Shown: positions 55,587-64,000 of the stretch, one piece after another
How positions within the stretch are numbered: the first letter of the stretch is position 1
Layout of the letters: every line of letters begins with the position of its first letter
Assembly: GCA_951406725.2 (NCBI GenBank)
Contig: OX597822.1
Span: 93,496,001 to 93,560,000 of the forward strand
Source: Octopus vulgaris
Lineage: Eukaryota
Reading direction: 5' to 3'
DNA: 64,000 nucleotides
The notes under the pieces: generated by a model
The model's database searches: none
What the model was told of the DNA's origin: nothing
What the model saw: the letters and a program-made list of their open reading frames with translations, nothing else
Position numbers and translations under genes: made by a program

Positions 55587-55671
<85 letters not shown>

Positions 55672-56654
55672 TTCGTTGATATCATAAGAATTTAGAAACT
55701 TAAAGAGAGCGTGAAATAAGACTTTCTTGGAACAGTGAAACTCGAAGCAAGAGAGCTATAAATAATAACATGTAAATATTGAGTTAGGAAACCTCTTGGA
55801 TAGAAAAGTCGAAGGCTCCTGTTCTACTTACAGGTTGCATCTGTAAAGTTAAATGTTAGCAAGTCTCTCACTAGACCATCGTACCTTCTCCAGGTTGTGA
55901 CTTAGACACCATTAATTATTGGTATGCGAGTGAACTTATAATCAGTGTAGAGGAGTTTCTGGTTTCATAACAGTTTTCCGTAGATGTTCTCATACTCGCT
56001 GATTTCAGAAGTGAAGTTCACTGTTCAGGGCAGCTAACCTCTCTGGTTGCACATAACTTTTCATTTCAGTCTCAAATAACTATGCCATGTCTGTGTGTTT
56101 GCATTTCTGATGGGCATTGTTCCACTAATATTTCTTATGCTGATATACAGTATATGACTGTATTCCATAAAAAAAAGGTGTTGCTTATATTTATCCATGT
56201 GCAGTCTTTTCTACTCCATATGGCTTGCAGACCAATGACAAAGAAATAAAAGAATTAACGAATTAAAGCATAAAAGATCTCTGAAACATAATGCCATAAA
56301 GTATTCACCCGATTAACCGTTGTAGTTAAGTATCCAATTGCACTTAGAACATCCAATGCAGAATTAATTGAATAGAAAACAAAATACAATCTTTTTTTAC
56401 TCCTTTTGCTTCTTTCAGTCATTTGACTGAGGCCATTCTGGAGCACCGCTTTGAAGAGTCTTAGTCAAACAAATCGATCCTAGAACATTTTAAAAGCCTG
56501 GTACTTATGCTACCGGTCTCTTTTGCCGAACCGTTAAGTTACGCAACGTAAACACACCAACACTGGTTGTCAAGCGATGGTGTGGGACACAACACAAACA
56601 CACACACACACACATACATACGAAATTTAACACACATATCACACAAACGTGTGT

Positions 56655-57225
<571 letters not shown>

Positions 57226-60200
57226 AGGGGTAAAGCATGCGTTGTATCTTCCTGAATCGTACAGACTTGTACGAGTCCGACAACACCATCAAGAACAATA
57301 TCCTTCGCTAACACCCTGACAGAACTCAAAATTATCCACAAGTCTCTTTTTTACGCGCATCTCTTCAGCAGTTTGACCACGCCTCGAGTCCCGCAACAAG
57401 CAATGCTCATTTTGCAGTCCAATGTTTTACATACAAAGAAAAATTTGTAGAGTAAACCATTATTTCTTGGTAATATGTCCCTTGAGTTTGTGCCCATTAT
57501 CTCCCCTACTTCAGAAGCGTTACACGCAGAGAAAGTCAGGCGTTAAATAGTTGGTGGAATAACCCATACCATCTTGGTAAATTGCCCCTTGCGCTGGCGC
57601 CCAATATCTCCATGATTTCGTATGTTTTACACTGGACTTCGTATCTTCTGCTATACAAGGAAGATATTTTGAATAGAAAACATCGAGTTTGACATCTAAA
57701 ATTCTTTATCTAGGTACCCAGTTTTTTTTTTTCTTAAAATATTAAGTTGGAATTCAAACAAACAACTAAGTTTGGGAAAGAACCAAATAAATACAAATGA
57801 ATGAAAAACCAAATTACTACAAATAAATAAACAAAAGAAAAAGAAAATTCCGAAGAATCTCCAATAGCTTTTTTTTTAACGAAGTTTCAGAAAATAAAGG
57901 TAGGAAATTAAATGAAGCCACACACCAAGGCGAAATAATTTGTATTTTCATTGTGCCATAAGTCTGATAACAGGGTTTGGCATAGGATCAGAAAATGGAA
58001 TCATGAAGGTTCCTCTTTGTAAACATTATTATTTCTTTTTTACAAAAAAAAAAAAAAAAAATGAAGTTTCATTTATAAAACGTATCGCTCCATTTTTTTT
58101 TGTTTGCTCTTAAGAGTAGCAGAAACATTAAAAGATTAAGAACATTTGCAGCAAGCGTTTTATCTTATATACATATTTTTATAGCTTAAAAACTTTTAAC
58201 TTAAATACTTAAGCAAAGCAGTGAATTTACATCACAAAAATAACGTTTGTCATAAAAGAAAAAAAAGAACACTTTACAAAAATCTGTTTTCACTTTGTGT
58301 TCTTGTATTCTGGGATGACTACAGAAATAACTTCAATTGGTAAAAGACCTCGTGACTATTTCCTCATCTAATCTTATACAAGCAAATTACATTCTATATA
58401 CCGTACTAAACACAGATATAGTATAGAAAACCAGGAAACTGCAGCATTCGTCTCAAGAAAGCATATCATATAGGCGTACAATGTTAGAAAACGCAGAAAT
58501 ATATCAGAAGCAGACAAAAAAATGTCTGGCAGCGGTGGTCGAATTAGTAAACCGTGTACTTAGACAAATTTAGCCAATACTGATCTTGAAAAATAGTGAT
58601 TAACAAATCACTGATGTTGCGGTTAGTCGCCAGGCTGCATAAGAGTTTGTTATTAGCGACCGACGAAAGCAGCATTGGTTCAAATTAGCATTCTGTAAAT
58701 CATTCTTAATGCAAGTATATTCTAGAAAGCTGGGAAATTTCGGTAGTCGTCACGAAAAAGTATCTCGTTTAGACGTATAATGTTACAAAACACAAAAAAA
58801 TATATGTTTCTTCCATTAATTATAATATGAAATCTTTCACATTAATATAAGAAATTTGTCGATAGATTTGATACCAGTATATTACTGGCTCTTATTTTAT
58901 CCACCCCTGAATGATCAAACGAAAATCGACCCTTGCAAGATTTGGTGACAAAACGTAAAAAGATATGACTAAGTAACAAGAAGTATTTTGCCATTCCACA
59001 AATGTATAACGTCAGTATTAATAAGACCATTAAAATTTTGATGGCATACGTAATGTAAAGGACCATATAAAATATAAAGTCAATTCCAAATATTTCATAA
59101 GGTAAAAGGAATGTAATAATTTTCGCTTTTTCCAAGGTGCAAATTTGTTGTGACTGTGTGATTACGGCAGATATGGATGTGTAGGTAAGGCGTAAATTAG
59201 TTAACTGAATTCCTTATATCAACTTTTTCTCATTTTTGGCACAAGGCCAGCAATTATAAGAAAGAAAAAATTTGATTACATCAACCCAGGATTCAACTGG
59301 TACTTACTTTATCGACCCCGAAAGAATGAAAAATAAAGTTGAGCTCGGAGATATTTGAACTCAGATCGTAAAGTGCCGGAAGAAATGCAGCAAGACATTT
59401 TGTCCGGCAGGGTAGCTATTGTACCAACTCGCCTCCTAAACTCCCTATATTAATGAAATCAATTGATGTTGTTTAACCTCAGGTTTATACCCTGATCTAG
59501 CCAACATATGCTTCCTAGGGCTATCAAATATGTCGTTCCTTCAATCAAATAATAGGATTTGAGAGATTTGGCTTCTGTTTCTAGTGGACCGTTGACTTAA
59601 TGGTAATATTTTATCGACATTTTATCAGATTAGCACAATTGAAAGGCACAAATCGAAAATACTGGTTTCAAATTTTGACACAAGGCCAGCAATTTTGGGG
59701 TGTGTGGTAAATCGATTACATCGACCCCAGTGTTTAGCGGGTACTTATTTTATCGACCTCGAAAGCATGAAAGGCAAAGACGACCTCGGCGGAATTTGAG
59801 CAAAGAACGTGAAGACGGACGAAATTTTGCTAAGCATTTTGCCCGGCGTGCTAACGATTCTGCCAGTTCGCCGCCTTAACAAATTGAAAATATTAACCCC
59901 AACTATTGGTCACATAGATCGCTCATCTAATATCATATAAATATAATAAACATTAGTAAATACTATATAACATATAATATATAAATATAAAAGCTAAACA
60001 CTTCATAAGTTAATGTTATTCTACTACTTGACATAAGTACTTTGGATGTTACGAATGGGATTTCAAATGTCGTACAATGAAAGAAGTTTCCCGTAATAGC
60101 TACTAATATATATTCTTTTATTCTATTATTTGTTTCAGTCATTTGACTGCGGCCATGCTGGAGCACCGCCTTTAGTCGTGAAAATCGACCCCAGGACTTA

Positions 60201-60648
60201 TTCTTTGTAAGCCTAGTACTTATTCTATCGGTTTTTGCCGAGCCGCTAAGTTAGGAGACATAAACACACCAGCATCGGTTATCAAGCGATGTTGGGTGGG
60301 GGACAAGCACAGACACACACACTGGTGCTCCAAAACACCTAACAGAAATGCTAATCCATACGAAGATGAGTAGCAGAAGCAGTAGAATATTGTACTGAAT
60401 GCCATGATGTTCCTCCTATCTCAGTTCTATTGCAAACAATCGATTTTCAATATCCCAGATGTCAATAAAATAAATACAAGTGATGTGCTGGAATTGATTC
60501 CATCGAATAGTGTCTTTCAATTCCTTACAATGAAAAGAATTCCGTTTTATGAATGTTTCTAGAAATGTAGAAACATTTTCTGTTTCTTTAAAGCAACTTT
60601 ACTTTAGCGGTACGTTGAGTTATTGTTTACTGTGTTTTGTCTTTAAAG

Positions 60649-60884
60649 GTCATTGGCCAAGATGCCTTCTCTGGTGAGCATCAACACAGAAGAAGCCTGT
60701 GATACACTGGTTGGACTGGTGAAACGACAGAAAAAAATATGCAAAAAGAATTTAATAATGATGGAAAGTGTTAAACAGGGAGCCATTTTGGCTATCCAAG
60801 AATGTCAGGAGCAGTTTAAGAGCAGACGTTGGAATTGCAGCTCCATCGAGTCATTAGACAGCCCTGGAAATATTTTGAACAAAG
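60649..60884 (+). CDS. Wnt4: Wnt4 coding exon (equivalent to vertebrate exon 2), 236 nt, phase 2 in / phase 1 out
   Basis: Acceptor tgtgttttgtctttaaag|G and donor AAAG|gtaaat. Translation xSLAKMPSLVSINTEEACDTLVGLVKRQKKICKKNLIMMESVKQGAILAIQECQEQFKSRRWNCSS matches Wnt4 as recalled ([64 protein letters not shown]). Confidence 0.93.
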
Positions 60885-60999
60885 GTAAATAACTGTCGTT
60901 TTAATTAATTATAAATAGATAATTAAATTTATTGCAAACATCCCCGCACCATGTCCTCTCTGAATGTAAATGCCACTCAGCTGGAGCACCCACAGTCTC

Positions 61000-61540
61000 T
61001 CTTAACGCTGTACCTCTGTATCATCAAGTATCTCTCCTAGCAAAAGCTCATCATTACCATAGCTATGACCGCATTGCAAAGACTTGCCCGCCTCTCTAGG
61101 CCAAAAGATATTTCATCTCCCAACAGCTTCTGAAAATCTACAAAGTTCAAGTGAGGACCACAATTTAGTTCTGCGGCCTACTTCTGCAACTGAGCTGCCA
61201 CGACGCACACTAACATCTTAGAACGCATTAAGAAAAGTGTCACTTGGCAGATAGTCACTCCATCACCAAGAGACACGTTCGAGCCTCTGTCGCACTGGTG
61301 TACTGCCTCTGGTCTCTTCCCTTCAGAGCTGGCTGGTATCGTACTTCTACCACTCACGCACTTCGACTTGCTTGTCTCTCTCTGCCTCTCGGCACCTTTG
61401 ATGCGTCGAACCCCGTTTCCCTTTACTAACCACTGTGTCAACCATTCATCTTTAGAACATTGGCATTCTGGAATCTCCTACCCGCTCATGTCTTGCGGGA
61501 ATTAACCAGCAAGTAAGACATGTTTAAAAGGAACGTTAAC
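61000..61540 (+). mobile_element. CR1-group LINE C-terminal relic in Wnt4 intron
   Basis: QQLLKIYKVQVRTTI*FC (LYK.QVRP.LEYC) and QPFIFRTLAFWNLLPAHV (SFF.RT...WN.LP) motifs. Confidence 0.7.
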
Positions 61541-62222
61541 GGTATTAGTCTCAGATGTCTTCGAGGGCCTGCAAGGCTCTTTTGATGTGCGCGCGCACGT
61601 GTGTTTGTGTGTGTACACACATTCATACATACGAATATACATACATATTTATATGTATGTGCGTATGATATAGGTACATATGATATTGATATATAATATA
61701 TATAAGTATGTATGTATTTCTGTATGTATACATGTGTGCATGTGTGTGTAATAAGTTCCAAAATGTATAGATATATGTGTGTATATATACATATATTTTC
61801 TTTATTTAATCTGTTATTAGCATATTAAACGCAGTAAAATCTTCGGATTGAAACCGGATGACAAAATAGAAACTGGCTAATTTTCCACCAACTAATTTAC
61901 TCACCAAAATGTTTATTAACTCAATCAGCGCCTGAAGACATCTGGAATTTGAAGTCGTCCGAATCGTAAGATTAAATAAGCGAAATATTAAATTTCAAAC
62001 TTGAATCCGTATATTAAATCTTTGACCCTCCTGTCCAATTACTCGGGGATATATTAGCAATAGAGCAAAATATTTTTTAATTAATTAATGATTCAGCAAT
62101 GATAGATCACTGAATATATTTCTATTTTACCCTCAGTTGCGGAATGCAGACAGAAGACCATGAAAAATAACAGAAGGAGGGAATTACATTTGAAAAAAAT
62201 ATTCAGCGCTTCTATGTTCATA

Positions 62223-62263
<41 letters not shown>

Positions 62264-62874
62264 ATTGTTCAGTTTAGGTATATAAAAAAGTAAATAACAT
62301 TAAGGGGAGTAAAAGAAGCAGATTACTTTTTATACAGCATAAAGAAGGCGAACAAATGTCTTCTTTTTCTCAGTGGAATTATGCCAGAAAAACTCATGCA
62401 GATACGAAACAATTCGTTCGATGTCCCAAACTGTTATCTCAACTTCCAATTCACCCGCATCCACATATTTTCCACATTTTGTGCGTGGACATCTTGATCA
62501 TGAAGATCAACAAAATGTTTTTTGTTGGTGTAGGCACGAAGATTGAGGATTCCGATGTTATTATATGCTCGCCATCCATCGCTGACTATGTGAGACCTAG
62601 GCAAAATCCACTTTGTATCAGCTCAGTTAAAGTTTCTTCTGTGCGATCAGGTACTTCGACCAAAAGACACTTTCTTGAGACTCTCTCTATGCCACCGAAT
62701 ACCCAATGTCCTTTTGCTTCTTTTACTATTTATCTCCTCCTTAATTTTTATTTACTTTTTTTATATAACGGAACAATTACCTGTATACACACACAACCAC
62801 ATACAAATTGTTCACAAGCTAAACTTATTTCAATAATAAATCTCTGAACGAGATGTAAACAGTAACTGCTCGAC

Positions 62875-63090
62875 AACGTAAAGTATACTAGCCATCTCAA
62901 TATGGCTAACCACGAAGGGTGGGTGTTACTGTAGCTTTTAGCCCCAGGAGATCATCGTCTCCAGCTGGCTTTAGGCACACTTTCTGTGCCCTTATGGTAT
63001 TTGCAAAGGGAGGTCACCTGGGGCTAAAAGCTACAGTAACACCCACTCTTAGTGGTTAGCCATATTGAGATGGCTAGTATACTTTACGTT
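62875..63090. mobile_element. MITE with 74-bp TIRs (2 mismatches) in Wnt4 intron
   Basis: Arms 62875-62948 and 63017-63090; related to 12019-12137. Confidence 0.9.
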
Positions 63091-63207
63091 AAACTTATTT
63101 CGTTTATCATCTAACATTTAGTTTCTGTTTCCTTATTCAATTGTTTACTTCTTTATGGATGTATATATACATATATACACACACATATATACGTTATTTA
63201 CTTTCAG

Positions 63208-63485
63208 CTACTCGTGAGTCTGCCTTTGTGTATGCCATATCGTCGGCTGCAGTTGCCCATACTGTCACTCGAGCTTGCAGCAGCGGGAAAATGGAACAAT
63301 GTGGCTGTGATCGGATCGTACATAAAAATGCTTCGATAGAAAGCACTTTCATTTGGTCTGGCTGTTCTGATAATATAGCGTTTGGATCAGCTTTCTCTCA
63401 GACTTTTGTTGATGCAAAAGAAAGACGAAGGAAAATAAACGGTCGGAGTTTGATGAATCTTCATAATAACCAAGCTGGACGAAAG
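63208..63485 (+). CDS. Wnt4: Wnt4 coding exon, 278 nt, phase 1 in / phase 0 out
   Basis: Acceptor ttatttactttcag|CT and donor AAG|gtaaga; splices in frame to the previous exon (G|CT=Ala). [36 protein letters not shown]...[25 protein letters not shown]...[11 protein letters not shown] carries Wnt4-type motifs ([24 protein letters not shown]). Confidence 0.94.
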
Positions 63486-63766
63486 GTAAGATAATAAGTT
63501 GTTATAATAAAGAGTGGCATATCGTGGCTTGACAGCATACCAAGGACAGTGCAAGTATTGCAGAGAAGATGTGTTATTTTGCTTATTTCTTATTTTTCAT
63601 TTACTATTACTATTACAGCCAGCTCGCTGAATCATTAGCATCTCGGGGAAAATGCTTAAGCGTCATTCCTTCAGGCTTTACGTTCTAACTTCAAATTCAG
63701 ATGAGGTTGAGACTTTGCCTCTCATCCTTTTGCAGTCGTTAAAAGTATGAGTTGATGTGCTTGATA

Positions 63767-63936
63767 GGCGCAGGAGTGGCTGTGTGGTAAGTAGCTTGTT
63801 TACCAACCACATGGTTCCGGGTTCAGTCCCACTGCGTGGAACTTTGGGCAAGTGTCTTCTACTTATAGCCTCGGGCCGACCAATGCCTTGTGAGTGGATT
63901 TGGTAGAAGGAAACTCAAAGAAGCCCGTCGTATATA

Positions 63937-63996
<60 letters not shown>

Positions 63997-64000
63997 TGTG
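63767..64000 (+). mobile_element. SINE family A, 5' half (runs off the window) in the next Wnt4 intron
   Basis: ggcgcaggagtggctgtgtggtaag...gaagcccgtcg(ta)n. Confidence 0.88.

Larger units (their letters stand above)
60885..63207 (+). other. Wnt4: Wnt4 intron (2323 nt, GT-AG)
   Basis: Bounded by the donor and acceptor of the two exons; contains a CR1-like relic and a MITE. Confidence 0.9.

Noticed and set aside
59137-59184. 48-nt cassette with plausible AG/GT sites upstream of exon 2
   Set aside because: In-frame TGA in the Wnt4 frame; such pseudo-exons are common by chance and there is no transcript evidence.

Overview
AT-rich, microsatellite-dense animal genomic DNA. The tRNA-derived SINE families resemble octopus/coleoid cephalopod repeats; this is an inference from recalled repeats, not a database result. 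The only host gene I can support is Wnt4 on the + strand, with two clean internal coding exons (60649-60884 and 63208-63485, GT-AG, phases consistent). Its signal-peptide exon was not found and its last exon lies beyond the window. The other ~60 kb is upstream or intron-1 sequence filled with SINEs (about five families), non-autonomous Helitrons, hAT and Tc1/mariner relics, MITEs, and fragments of RTE, CR1, R4/Dong-type and Penelope-like (PLE) retroelements. Nearly all ORFs in the supplied track are microsatellite read-throughs. Most worth a second look: several minimal hammerhead-ribozyme relics in PLE terminal repeats; a mosaic at 47.7-48.3 kb made of locally copied DNA around an open GIY-YIG fragment; a MITE flanked by a 95-bp direct duplication; a pre-miRNA-like hairpin; and inverted repeats in and around Wnt4 exons 2-3 (possible dsRNA editing or circRNA). 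I found nothing I can confidently call a new biological system.
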